From Lama guanicoe (Eukaryota), in the NCBI GenBank assembly GCA_013239625.1, contig MU053482.1:781168-845167 (forward strand): 64,000 nucleotides of DNA, in the 5' to 3' direction. The position numbers were made by a program, and so were the translations under genes. The notes beneath the pieces were generated by a model. The model saw only the letters and a program-made list of their open reading frames with translations, did not search any database and was not told the origin of the DNA. Shown here in pieces: positions 26,350-38,997 of this stretch. Every line of letters starts with the position of its first letter. The stretch's first letter is position 1.

Positions 26350-26580
26350 CATTTCTTTAATGTAGTTGCCAGACGTTGAGCAAACTGTTTTCCATTAAGT
26401 TCTTAATTCAGTCTTTCCATTCGTACAATGAAGTTGCGGTGTTAGATCCATTTTACATTAAGAGACTGAGGCATGCAGGAGCTGAATAATTTGTCCAGGG
26501 TCACAGAGCTAAGAAATGGGGGAAGATGGATCCAACCCATGTCTGCGTGACTCAGACATCATCACTCTTACCCGGTTCTC
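26350..26580 (-). mobile_element. MIR SINE
   Basis: ccattttacattaagagactgaggc...ttgtccagggtcacagagctaag. Confidence 0.75.
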
Positions 26581-27539
26581 TCTGCTCTATAACTTATGTT
26601 ATGCGGGAAATCTATAATTTATTTCATATGTTGTCTATTGTTAGACTTTAGCGTTTTTTTTTGAAAAAAAACTCTATGTGAATACCCTCTGAAACAAAGC
26701 TTTTTGCATATCTGTAATTAATTGCAAAATATAAAGTCCTGAAAGTAGCATTATTCAAGAAAAAAAGATAAGCTCATTTCGGAATTTTGTAATATTTTCA
26801 GACTACTTTCCAAAGAGATTTTGTAAACACACATACCTATATATTTCATATCTGCTTGCCCCACTCTCCAATATACAGCAGGTGATTTCAATCGATTTTC
26901 ACTTTGGCTAATCTCCTTATAGAGGACTACGTTTTGAGCTGGCTGTTGTCCAATGTCTGAAAATGACTGTTGTCTATTTTGTTTTATATTTGCCTCTGGC
27001 AAGATGGCTAGTCTTGTTCCACTGACTTTATCAAGGCTGAAAGTAGAAGCAATCAAGTGACTAGTTTAGAGCATCCTCCAGGAAATACCCTTGAGATTTT
27101 CCTATTTTTATATTTTTCCTATATTGGAAATACATGGCCTTTAAAACAACAACTTTAAAGCACCAAAAACATTAGAAAAGAAGAAAAATAAGCTCCTGTA
27201 ACTCCCGCACCCAGAATAAACCACTCTCAACATTTTAGGAATGTTTTTGTTCAGTATTTTCTGTACATTTTGAAAATATATATTACCATTGGTCTCTAAG
27301 GCACTAGTGAAACCACTTTTGGTGAGCCCCAATGGAAGATTATTGTCATTATTATTATTACTGCTATTAATAATCATTATTTGTAGGGTACAGAGGAAAC
27401 AGTAGTGCTCAGATAACACCTAGACAGCAAGAGAAGGGAAAAAAGAAAATGACAGGTGTTACTTCGAAGCTGACAGTGCTGAGAACAGGTAAGTTATTCC
27501 CTGTGGAATTTCAGAAATAATTACGGCAGAGGAGATGGT

Positions 27540-28300
27540 TCTGTACAGCACATCTCTGGGACTTACTCATCCTGTGCAACTGAAACCTAGCACCTTTGAC
27601 TAATAGCCCCTCATTTCCTCCTCCCGACAGCCCCTGGCAACCACCACGCCACTCTCTGCTTCTATGAGTGTGACTGTTTTAGATTTCTCACAGAAGTGAT
27701 ACCACATAGTACTTGTGCATCTGTATCTGGCTTATTTCACTTAGTATAATGTCCTCCAACTTCACCCATGTTGCAACAAATAGCATTAAGGGTGAATAAT
27801 GTTTCACTGTATGTGTATTCAACATGTTCTTTATTCATTTTTTATTGAAGTATAGTTGATTTACAACATTATATTAGTTTCAGCTGTAAAACATAGTGAT
27901 TCAGTATTTTTATAGATTATAGTCTATTTAAATTTACTATAAAACATTGGCTATATTTCGTGTGCTGTACAATATATCCTTGTTGCTTATTTATTTTATA
28001 CAAAAGTAGTTGATACCTCTTAATCTTCTAGCCCTGTCTTGCCCCTTCCCTCTCTCCCCTTTGGTAACCACTAGTTTGTTCTGTATATCTGTGAGTCTGT
28101 TTCTGTTTTATTACATCCATTAATTTATTTTATTTTTAGATTCCACAAATAAGTGATATCATACAGTGTTTGCCTTTCTCTGTCAGACTTATTTCACTAA
28201 GCATAATACAATCTAGGTCCATTTATGTTGTTGTAAATGGCAGAATGTTGTTCTTTTTTATGGCCAAGTAATATTCCTTTGTGTATATATCACATCTTCT
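27540..28300 (-). mobile_element. Two adjacent antisense L1 3' fragments (older L1MA-like; younger cetartiodactyl-type from about 27836)
   Basis: cccctggcaaccaccacgccactctctgcttctatgag, then tttttattgaagtatagttgatttacaac. Confidence 0.85.
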
Positions 28301-29294
28301 GTCAGACCAATCCCGGGAAGAGGAGGAGAAATAGAAATGTGCATGACCTTTTAAAGGACAGGAACCCTACCCAGTAGTAAACATGGACCAATCAACATCC
28401 TAGAATGTTACAAATCAGATTTTACTCCTTATGAGGAAGAAAAGACTAGTGAAAAAGGAAAATTTTCCCTTCCCCATACTATTGAAAACTGGATCAAAGC
28501 ATATAAATATTTGAGTCATTTAATGTATTTGACAAAATTGTTTTCCAGAAATATTGTACTAACTTTTCTATTCACTTGCCTTGTACAAAAAATGTCTTAT
28601 TCTCTACACTGTCTTTATATATTATACAGCTAATGAATACTGCCATTTATTAATTGTGTGATTTAACTTCTCTGTGCCTCAGTTTTCTCATGTGCAAAAT
28701 AAGTCAACTAGTGTCTACCTTATAATGTTATCAGGACAATATAATCATATAAAACTCTTAAAGTAATGCCTGACATGTGTTAAAACCAAGAAAAGTTTGT
28801 TGTTTTTTAAGAGGTCAAATTAAATTTGATGCCTGCAAACTGTTTCACATTTTTCAAGCATCTGTTATAGTTAAATATGTAGTATTTTGAACAGTTAGTG
28901 GTGCAGTTTCATGCAAGGTGGTAGTCCTAATAGTATACATGGTCACTTCCTAACAGCAATGTGCATAGCCACTTAGTCCAGTCCACATGAACTCTAAAAT
29001 CCTCATATCAGAACTTGCCAAGAAGGCTTTAACGTCATATTCTGTCTATAAATAAGTGGCACTGCGAGAGAAGATTTGGAAAAAAATTAAGTGGAGTTAA
29101 ACTATAACCAACTTACAAGAATAAAAATGTTCAATTTAGTATCCATTGGAACAAGTTGTGTCGCAAAAAGCTAGAAATATCCAACTGGGTTTTAAAATCG
29201 AGCTTTAAATGAACCTCTTCTACAGGGCTTGCCGTCATAAACCCAACGTTTGTTCCTTTTGTTTGTGCCAGAAGGTTAACAAGCATAAGTGTCA

Positions 29295-30239
29295 ATGGGA
29301 GAAGAAAACCACACCTTTGTGGCTGAGTTTATCTTCCTCGGCCTTTCACAGGACTTGCAGACCCAGATCCTGCTGTTCATTCTTTTCCTCATCATTTATC
29401 TGTTGACGGTGCTTGGAAACCTGTTCATCATCATTCTCATCTTCATGGATTCTCGACTTCACACCCCCATGTACTTTTTTCTTAGAAACCTATCTTTCAC
29501 AGATCTCTGTTTCTCTACTAGCATTGTCCCGCAAGTGTTGGTCCACTTCCTGGTAAAGAGGAAAACTATCTCTTTTTTGGGGTGTATGACACAGATAATT
29601 GTCTTTCTTCTGGTTGGGTGTACCGAGTGTGCCCTGCTGGCAGTGATGTCCTATGACCGGTATGTGGCCGTCTGCAAGCCCCTGCACTACTACACCATCA
29701 TGACCCAACAGGTGTGTCTTCAGTTGGCCCTAGGGTCCTGGGCCAGTGGCGCACTAGTGTCTCTGGTAGATACCACCTTTACTTTCCAACTTCCCTATCA
29801 AGGACAGAACATTATCAATCACTACTTTTGTGAACTCCCTGCCCTCCTGAAGCTGGCTTCTGCAGATACTTACAGGACAGAAACGGCCATCTTTGCAATG
29901 GGTGTGGTCATCCTCTTAGCTCCTGTCTCCCTGATCCTTGTCTCCTACTGGAATATCATCTCTACTGTGATCCGGATGCAGTCTGGGGAGGGGAGGCTCA
30001 AGGCTTTCTCTACCTGTGGCTCCCATCTCACTGTTGTTGTCCTCTTTTATGGGTCAGGAATATTCACCTACATGCGGCCAAACTCCAAGACCACAAAAGT
30101 GCAGAATAAGGTGATATCTGTGTTCTATACAGTAGTGACTCCAATGTTGAACCCCATAATTTATAGCCTGAGAAACAAGGATGTCAAAGGAGCTCTCAGG
30201 AGGCTAACTGGAAGAAAGTCCTTTTCTCCGGGGTGGTGA
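29295..30239 (+). CDS. OR2D3: Olfactory receptor OR2D3, intact, 314 aa
   Basis: ATG at 29295 gives [14 protein letters not shown] motifs intact; matches recalled OR2D3 ([35 protein letters not shown]). Acceptor tttgtgccag ends at 29271. Confidence 0.95.
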   Translation: MGEENHTFVAEFIFLGLSQDLQTQILLFILFLIIYLLTVLGNLFIIILIFMDSRLHTPMYFFLRNLSFTDLCFSTSIVPQVLVHFLVKRKTISFLGCMTQIIVFLLVGCTECALLAVMSYDRYVAVCKPLHYYTIMTQQVCLQLALGSWASGALVSLVDTTFTFQLPYQGQNIINHYFCELPALLKLASADTYRTETAIFAMGVVILLAPVSLILVSYWNIISTVIRMQSGEGRLKAFSTCGSHLTVVVLFYGSGIFTYMRPNSKTTKVQNKVISVFYTVVTPMLNPIIYSLRNKDVKGALRRLTGRKSFSPGW

Positions 30240-32241
30240 CCTTGGGTCTGACTTTTAGAGCATAGGTGACATCCTTCAAAGAGAAACAGGATTTCAGTAG
30301 GTGGTTATGAATTAGGTCATTTCAGGAAGAAGCATAAAAGTAAGGGACATGTTCCAGAAACTGTGACTACACATACTAAACATAGAGGAGAAGTAAAAGG
30401 ATGAAACATGTGGTTATTTCTAGATTATGAAAAGCATTAAGTACTATTTTGAAGGAGTTTTTGGTTAATTCAGCTAAAGTGGACTTGTTTTAAGCACAAT
30501 CACTCTTGAATCTAAGTGGCTTAAAGTAGATTATCCTGAGATAACATCTAATGTGAATTGCAGGCATGATTCTAACATCACAGACATTTCAAGTTTGGAT
30601 GTCCCAGTCCTACAAACCCAGGAATAGCCTCTGATTAAAGCAATCAACATAGTTGGCAGAGTCTTTAATGCTAGGATCGTTCACGGTCCAGAGCATTTCA
30701 GCTTGTAAAAAGGTACCAGAGGCAACACTAGTTCCTAGCTCATGATGTTCTCTCCTGAAAGCTCCAGAAAATGAGTTTTTTTATATCTTCAAAGTCCATA
30801 TAAGCACAGTATCAGAGTAAAAGGGGAATTCAACAGTCATCTAATCCAAACATACGTCTGAGGCTTAAACCCCTCCACAATATTTCTATTGAGTAATTGT
30901 CCAGCATTTGCCTAAACAAGAACGGTATAGCTAGCTCCCTATGCTCTAGGGCCATTCCCTTTTGTATATAGATTCTTTTTTTTTTTACTATTAGAAAGAT
31001 CTTCCTTATGATAAATCAAAATCAATTTTCCTATGTCTTCAACCCATCTTCCCTAATTTTACTCCTAGAGTAGTTCTCACTATCCTTCTATACCACAACT
31101 CAGTTCATATTTGCCACAACCCAATTCTCACAGCTAATGACCCGCTTGTTCCTTTAAAATTCCTTTGTCTAACGTGCTTTGGTATCCAATAGTCATTCTC
31201 GTCATCCTCCTCTGAATGAGTCCAGTTCACCCAATGACTATCTCTTCTGAAAGCACAATAGAAATTAGAATTTTAGAAAGTGGAGTTTACCAATCCTAGG
31301 CTGACCCCTCCTTAGGCTTAGATGCCTCTAACCACATCTCAGTGTGGCTCAACTTCTCTAGAATGGTCAATTCTAGAGTCTATTGCAGGTTCCTATATAC
31401 TCTTAGTTCAAATAAACTGACTGACAGCCACTTGGCTTTTTTACCCACACTTTAACCAATCACACATTTAGAAGGGATTCTATGGTAACCATTCTATAGT
31501 TACCATGAAGACAGGCCCAGGAACAGCAGATCTCAAATTGACTTTACAGTAGAAAACCTCCCCAGTGAAGAGACACCTAGTAGCTAAACCTCCTATTTCT
31601 TTCCTGTGTGTGTGTGTGCATCAGTGCGATCATTTAAAAACCATTGTTTAAGCTCTTACTTCGTTTTACCTTATCCAGCTCTGGGTGGATCCAACACACC
31701 CACAGCAATGACTGACACATCATGTATTTTTACACATGTTTTGCATGTTTCTATCCTTTTAAAATTACTGCAAGTGCACTACAATGGACAAACTGTAATT
31801 CTGGGGTGTGAAAATCAGAGAAAAATCCTCATTCAAACAACAGGTGCTAGTTGAAGTGATATAGACAAGGAAAAAAATTTATAGTTGCAATCGGTGACTT
31901 GGCTGCCAATGATGATCTAGGTGAGAGCTACTTCAGTAACAGCAGGAAAAATAAGAAAATGTAAGCAGAAAGTACAGAGACTAATTTGGAGAAGTTTCAC
32001 CATCAGGAAAAAGGGAGAAATAAAGTACAGCTGGGAAAGTGGGACTGCGGTCTTTAAATTTTTTTTAAATTTTATTTTAGATTTCTAGGTCTCTTCCCCC
32101 TTTTCCTAAAGACTTTAACCCCAGGTTCACTGCCACATTCCCCAGCACACTGCTTCTGTTATGAATAATGGCTATTTTTAATTTCACATAGAATGAAATA
32201 TTCAAATATTTTGCATTCTCAGAATTTCTTGATCTTCATTC

Positions 32242-32757
32242 TGTAACAGGGAAGAACAAATCTGACTCCATATTAGGTATATTCCTTTAGCTCTAACCCT
32301 GTGCTGTTTCCTGTGCTGAGTCATGCTGTTCTGCACCTTTTGTAAAAGAATATTGCCTACAGCCTAAAATATACAGGAAAGCCCATTCTCAAGGCTCTGA
32401 TCTTTAAGGCTATAAAACTTTTCCATTCATATAGACATAAAAAGTTGCAGAACAGAGGATAACATTTGTCTTGTTGGAGGTTTACGGGAACATCATGACC
32501 TGACCTACTTGGACAGCTGCAAGAACAAAGGATTCTGACACCAAGAAGTTTGCAACAACAAAATATACCCCCTCCCCTTTTTAGTATAAAAGGATCCTAA
32601 ATTCTGACTTTGGTAAGATGATTCTTAGGACATTAGTCTGCCATCTTCTAGGTCTGCCAGCTTTCTGAATAAAGTCATTCTTCCTTGCCCCAACACTTCG
32701 TCTCCCGATTTATTGCCCTGTTGCGCAGTGAGCAGAATGAGTTTGGAGTCAGTAACA
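32242..32757 (+). mobile_element. ERV1 solo LTR, MER41-like (516 bp)
   Basis: TGTAACA...GTAACA termini, 4-bp TSD ATTC (32238-32241 and 32758-32761), TATAAAA at 32585 and AATAAA at 32668. The start tgtaacagggaagaacaaatctgactccat resembles recalled artiodactyl MER41-like LTRs. Confidence 0.88.
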
Positions 32758-32837
32758 ATTCCTCCAATGACCTTAACCATTCATTCCCATGGTTGTATCT
32801 TAAGTATCGCCTTTACCAATAGTTGCCATCCTCATCT

Positions 32838-32940
32838 TCCAAATTCTGAACCCACAAAATTATAAGCAAAATAAAACGATTGCTGTTTTAAGGCAGTAAG
32901 TTTTGAGATGGTTTGTTATGCAGCAATGGGTAAGTGAAAA
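32838..32940 (+). mobile_element. MLT1 LTR 3' fragment
   Basis: tgctgttttaaggcagtaagttttgagatggtttgttatgcagcaat. Confidence 0.7.
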
Positions 32941-34260
32941 GCTGAGAGAATCATGTTCCATCTCATTCAAATAGATGCCTATGGGGTGTTTTCACGTTAC
33001 CAATAAAAACTACTACCTCTCCTGCTATGGAGGCAGAGAGGAAATAAAGGGCCAAGAAACTTCTAAAGAAAAAATTTAGTACATAAATTAATAATAAGGT
33101 ATGAGTCCTATTTTTTTAATTGTAGCAAATGTGTCATAAGATGTCAATAGTAAGGAAAAGTCGGGGGAGCGTTTATGGGAACTTGTTGAACTGTATCTTC
33201 TCAGTTTTTCTGTAAGTCTAAAACTGACCTAAATAGTCACTTTAAAAAAAAATAAAAGGAAAGAAACTGTTTGGTGACCTTGGTTTTTCATATCACTAGA
33301 TCTTAATGCAAAGTCTACACTGGCTGTATTTAATTGATCAAGTCCAAGTTACAGGCTGTGCCCTAGCTGCGGTGGAGACAAAAAAAGTGAATACAGGTGT
33401 ATTCAGTTTCTATGAAGTGAGACATTCTAACTCCCAACCAGACTCACAGAAGACTATAATTATAGAAAGAGTATTGAAATGATCAGAAGTCAAAAATTGA
33501 CAAATGTTTATAATACATGGCCCACGAAGCCAAATCACCCCTACTCCTATCTGGACTATCTACAAATCCCAAACTGACCAGTTCAATTCACAATCTGCAC
33601 AACACAATATTCTGAGGATGTGTAGAACACAGAATGTTGGCTGAAGAAATACAGTAGCTTAGCATATGGAATGCTTCTGTTGGTCCTTATGACAGTCTTC
33701 ATTTGATTGCATTTACTAATATATTTTCAATTGCTAGTGCAGTATTTGCCACAAATTAAATTCTTAACAAAAATTTGCTGAATGAATATATAAGTGGTCA
33801 GGGGAAGTGTTGGCCTAAATTCAGATCAAGTTTCTCTATATTTTTTCTTAAATATGGAGGTCAGGTTTTCATGATGACAGAAGGGAGTGGAGTTCATGGC
33901 AAATAATTTTTTGCATCTTAAGGAACTAGTTCAGAAGGTAGGTTCTCATTTAGATGATCTATATTTCATGATCATAGAAAGAAATATGTAACAAACAATT
34001 CGATGCAGCTTAAGGATCTAGGGCCTTCCTTACACTAGATGGCTTTATAATGAAAGTCAATATAATTAAAAAAATAGCTGGATCTTTACTTGAGGTGACT
34101 GCAAACTGAAAATGACCCTTGTTCAGTTAAAGAGCACCATCCAGGCTTCTGTGGATCTTTGAAGACACATGGTCAGAAACCTCCTATCTATAAGAGGTAT
34201 GGCAGGAAGGCTGGTCATTCTAACCTTTACTTGGCACCTTTTCCATTTTTCTGCACTCTC

Positions 34261-34667
34261 TTTTTTAAAATCCAAGTATAGTCATTTACAATGTTGCATG
34301 TTTCTGGTGTACACCATAGTGATTCAGTAATACATATATATTCATATAATCTTTTTCATTATAGGTTATTACAAGATAGTGAATGTAGTTCCCTGTGCTA
34401 TACATTAGGACCTTGCTGTTTATTTATTTTATAAACAGTTGTTTGTATCTGCTAATCCCAGATTCCTAATTTATTCCTCCCCACTTCACCTTTGGTTTGT
34501 TTTTTATATCTGTGAGTCTTCTGTTTTGTAAATAAATTCATGTGTATCATTTTTCTTTATATTCCACATGCACTCTTTTTTTTGAGTTATATTCGGTTTA
34601 CAATGCTGTGTCAATTTCTGGTGTACAGCACAATTTTTTAGTCACATATGAATATACATATATTCAT
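34261..34667 (-). mobile_element. Two serial short L1 3' UTR insertions
   Basis: Two T-tract-headed L1 tails (34261 and 34577) delimited by three copies of tgcactct. Confidence 0.85.
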
Positions 34668-35042
34668 ACATGCACTCTCAATTGAAGTCTATGATTGAGC
34701 CTGTTTACTGGCAATACTTACAAGTCAAAATTTTTATTTTGCCTATCTGGTTAAATATGACTTTATAAAGGTCAATCCCATCACAAACAATTCATGGCAC
34801 ACACCATACCCCTAATCTTGGAAAATATCATTCCATACTTTAGTCATATCTTACTAATGGCCCTCTAGATCTTGAAGCATTGAGGGACTATGTATGAAGT
34901 GATGTGAGCTTGAAGCTCAGCTTTGCTGTCTTTTAGTTTCTATAAATTAGGGGCTGATAATGCCTTCCTAGTGTTGTGGTGATAAGTGAGATGATATTTA
35001 AAATTCGCTTGTGATAGTAATGAGCACAGAGGAGGTTGGCCA

Positions 35043-35066
35043 ACACACACACACACACACACACAC
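35043..35066. repeat. (AC)12 microsatellite
   Basis: Read directly; about 0.5 kb upstream of the ZNF215 CpG island. Confidence 0.95.
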
Positions 35067-35569
35067 AATTCTGGTTCCTGTCTTGTTTTACATTGGTTAA
35101 CTCATGGCCTAGATTTAAAACTTCCTCCCTGGGAGATTTGCCCTGATATACTAGTTTGAGTTCTTCCTCTGGGGCTCAATCCTAGACTCCGTCCTTCTAC
35201 TGTTTTCTCCCTTTCTGAAGTCTCATCCCTCCCCTCCCCATCCTCATAGTATTGATTACCAACTACCCAGAATTGGCACAAATTTTACATCTGGTCCCAG
35301 ACACCTCTAAACTCCAGATACTTGGATGTTCAATTGCCTATTTTAAATGATTCTTGGATGTCACCAAATATCTCACAGGCAATAAGCCAAAAATGAACTC
35401 AATGATCTTCTGCAAGATTATTCACCTCGATACAAAACTGAGTGAATGTATGCATCAATGAGAGAATCAGTAAACCAGAAAAAAAAAGTTAAACCATGTT
35501 ATACACAAGACGATATCATTTCTAAATTATTTCTAAATTATTTCACTGTTTTTTTATTCCAGGAAAATA

Positions 35570-36330
35570 GTGGAGGCGGGTGGGTGGCGGGGAGAAGGTA
35601 AGAAAGATTTGGGCCAGTTTTCCTAGATGGGGATGGAGGAAGCGCCAGAAGTTTGGCGGCCCGCCTCCCATATAGCCTAAGCACAGCCGGCCCTTCCCGG
35701 CCCTAGCATCCGACGCTGGACTATGAGGTGGGCGGGGTCTGGGAAGGGGCGGGGCTGGGAGCCCCCGCCCCCGGGTCTACTTTACAAACTTGGGCCGCGG
35801 GGGCTTCTGGGGGCTTCTTCTAAGGCTGGTACGCGTGCGCGGGGGTGCGCCGGCGTGCGCCTTGGCATTTAGGAGACGTACAGTGGGTCGCTGCGTGTAG
35901 GGGCCGAGGGTAGCGCCAGGTTCTAGGTTCTGGCGTGATTTCCGACGCAAGCTCCTTTCTTCGGCAGGGTCCGCGACTTCGGCGCCTCCTCTGAACCGGC
36001 TCCTGGGTGTGACAGAACCGAGCCCTGGCTGGGAGCTAAGCTTGCAGGTATCACGCGGGACCGCGGGCGGCGAGGACGCGGATGCGTGGAACTGGAAGTC
36101 CCGCTTGAGGGTGTCCACCCCGACCGCGCAGGTCTCCTTCGCGTGTTCGCAGTTCCCTGGATCCCGGCTCTGCGCTCCGCAGGCTCTGCGCGAGAACCTG
36201 GAGAAGGGCGCGGGCTATGGAGCGGTGGAGATGTAGGCTGGGGGAAAGAAGTGAGTGCATGAGAGAGGAGAGATACGGAGGATTAGGCATGGGAAACCGG
36301 ACGGCTGTGTTCTAGATCCAGTTCTGCCGT
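35570..36330 (+). promoter_or_regulatory. CpG island, ZNF215 promoter and non-coding first exon region
   Basis: Sharp rise in GC and CpG. GC boxes at 35730-35737, 35746-35754 and 35763-35772; E2F-like TTTGGCGG at 35652; NRF1-like GCGTGCGC twice (about 35833 and 35853); candidate donors at 36048, 36251 and 36378. Lies 3.4 kb upstream of the SCAN exon. Confidence 0.8.
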
Positions 36331-36910
36331 CCCCTCGTCCATTCTGTCGTGGGGGCAATCTCCAGGTGCTTAACTTGGTGAGTGTATCTTGCTCAGCTGG
36401 TTTGGGAAGGACTGGTGTGGATTCCATACCAGAGGTGACTGGAACAACTGGAAAAGAGAATGGAGAAAAGGTCATTCCAACTTGCCTTCGTCTCCCAGTC
36501 ATTCCTGGCCACTCCCCAGACATTAAAACTTCCAGGCATCTCTTTTTCAGTCACACATTTGCACACTGTTTTCTGTTTCTCCGTACCCGAGCTAATCTGA
36601 AAAGGTGAAGGATTCTCCCTACCTCAAGCTGCTGCTTTGCCTATTACCTATTCGATTAAAAACAACCCTCTTCACAGACAGATGCTACCCTTTCCCTATA
36701 ATTATCACCTGTTCAAGTTCCTTGACGCTGTAAAATCCTATGAACTTGTGTCAGCTGGTTCTTTTAACTCTCCAGATTGCTGTCTATTGAGCCCTCCCTC
36801 CCTCCCAGTGGTTCTGGCTCAGTGTCTTTTAAGTCTTCATCCTGAGTCTCACCATCTTCCTCAAAGGGGTCTAGTCAGTACTTTAGAGTTTAAACCTTAA
36901 TGGTTCTTGA

Positions 36911-37000
36911 CTTTATTCCAGTAGTTGTCACTTACAGACTACTTAAGCTTCTTGCCTTTATTCCAGTAGTTGTCACTTACAGACTACTTAAGCTTCTTGC
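36911..37000. repeat. Perfect 45-bp tandem duplication
   Basis: ctttattccagtagttgtcacttacagactacttaagcttcttgc at 36911-36955 and 36956-37000. Confidence 0.95.
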
Positions 37001-38790
37001 AGTCACGTCCATACCTTAGACATTCTGTCATCCAGACCGTTGCTCCTTTGAAACTGTAAATGTGAGCATGTCATCCTGAACATCTCTAATCTGTCCTCCT
37101 GGCTTTATAATTACTTATACTGAGTGATTTATTCATTTTTTAACCTTTAACCCCCTAGTATATTTTGCTTTTTCTCACTTTGAGTTGAATGTTTAATTCA
37201 TCTCATTCTCCTTGAATTATACATGTATGGGTTTGCCATTGCCTAACAGTAGAGTTCGGGCTGTGCTCTATAGATTTGAATGCAGTGTTTGGAGTGTTTT
37301 TAATTTGAGTTGTTTTTAGAAGCAAAAGTTAAATTTCAAAGTAGTTGAAATTGTTTTTTTCTATTTGGTGTTAAACTTTAGTGTTCATTCTGGTAATAAA
37401 TGTGGTTTGCACCACTTGTGTTTACTTCTTTATTGAGGAGTTCTTTGGTAGCTTAATAAATAGCAGATTTTATAAGCATTTTCATAAGTGTTTGAATTGA
37501 ACTGCATTCTGTCTGGTTTTATGTGTCGGACTAAGCATGTTATTCATGTCAGCTCTGCTATAAATTTTAGCTTAATTGGTTAAGGACTGAGAGTTGCCGT
37601 AGTCTCCTGTTTCTGATATGTTACTGTTGATTGCATCTCTTGTTTTCTGAAAGTTTTGCTGTAAATCTGTTTCAGTTGTGTTATTTGGTACACTTAATAA
37701 CAGTCATAGATCATTGAATTGGACCTTCAGTCATTGAAAGTTTCCTCTTTGTCTAATTTTATTCATTGGCGCTGTTAATTCAATACATCCCTGTGTATTT
37801 TGTTGTTGTTTACATTTGCTTGTTATTTTTTTAATCATCCCTTTACCTTCAGCTTGGAGTTTTTTTAGTTTTGGATGTCTATTGTGTTTTTACAAAGTGG
37901 AGTTGAAGTTTTTACTCAGTACATTTATTGTTACAATGGATATTCTTGTTGTTAAATCTACTTTTTTTTCACACTTACTTGGTTTTTCATTTTATTTTTA
38001 ACGTGTGATCTGTGAACCTTTTTTTATTTCTCCCTGTATGTTAATTCTTAAAGTATCTGGGCCCATAGTTCATTCTTTGCTGAGACTCAGTGATACCTCT
38101 TCAGCACTTTGGAAGACCTCTTTTTTTTTTTTTTAATGAACCTGTACTTTCCTTAAGCTTTGGAGAAGTTTTGTATCGTGATCTGTTTACTTATTATTCA
38201 TTTCTAGCATATGTGTATAGCAGTATCAGAATTATTGACCTCTACCTTCATGTAAATTACCTATCAGCTGGATCACTTTTTCGTTTTTTTTTCCTTTAGT
38301 CTTATGGATTCTGCTCATTTCCAAACTTCTTTTTTTTTTTCTTGCCCTAACTCTTTAGCATTGTGCATTTTTTCTTCTACCACAGTGCCTTTTCAGAGGT
38401 CTTTATATATCCTTCCACCGCTCTGCTTACTAATCCTTATTTGAATGTTGAATGATCTGTTTGGGTGGACATTGCCAATAGATGAGGTCAGGAAATACTT
38501 TTGTGCACAAACTTTTGGCCAGTTTGTAAGACACATACAAGCAGTCACACCTGTGTGTATGTAATAATCTGTTGAGTGCTTATTGTCTGCCAAGAAGTGA
38601 GATGAGTGTTCTTTTAATCGCTGTATTTCAATCAGATAGGTATTGTTATATTCATTTTAAAGTTGAGAAAACTCAAGCTTTTGTTAAATTGCTCAAGTTC
38701 GTACATGTAGTAACTAATACAGCTGGGATTTAAACTCACGTTAGTACAACTCCAAAGGATATACTCTTAGCCACTATGTACTGACTACAG

Positions 38791-38997
38791 CAGGGTTTCT
38801 TAACCTAAGAATTATGGATATTTGGGACTGGATAATTATTTGTTATAAAGGACTGTTCTGTGCACTGCAGGACATTTAGCAGCATCCCTGGCCTCTACCC
38901 ACTAGATGCCAGTAATGTCCCCAGTTGTGACAACCAAAGCTGCCTCCAGGCATTGCCAAATTTTCCATGTTGGCAAAATTGCCCCTGAGAACCACTG
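38791..38997. mobile_element. MER20 (hAT-Charlie) DNA transposon
   Basis: CAG...CTG termini with internal tttagcagcatccctggcctctacccactagatgccagt...ccccagttgtgacaaccaaa. Confidence 0.9.

Noticed and set aside
35777..36608. Arg/Pro/Gly-rich ORFs in the CpG islands (also 60564-60893)
   Set aside because: Expected stop-codon depletion in GC-rich DNA; no recognisable domains.
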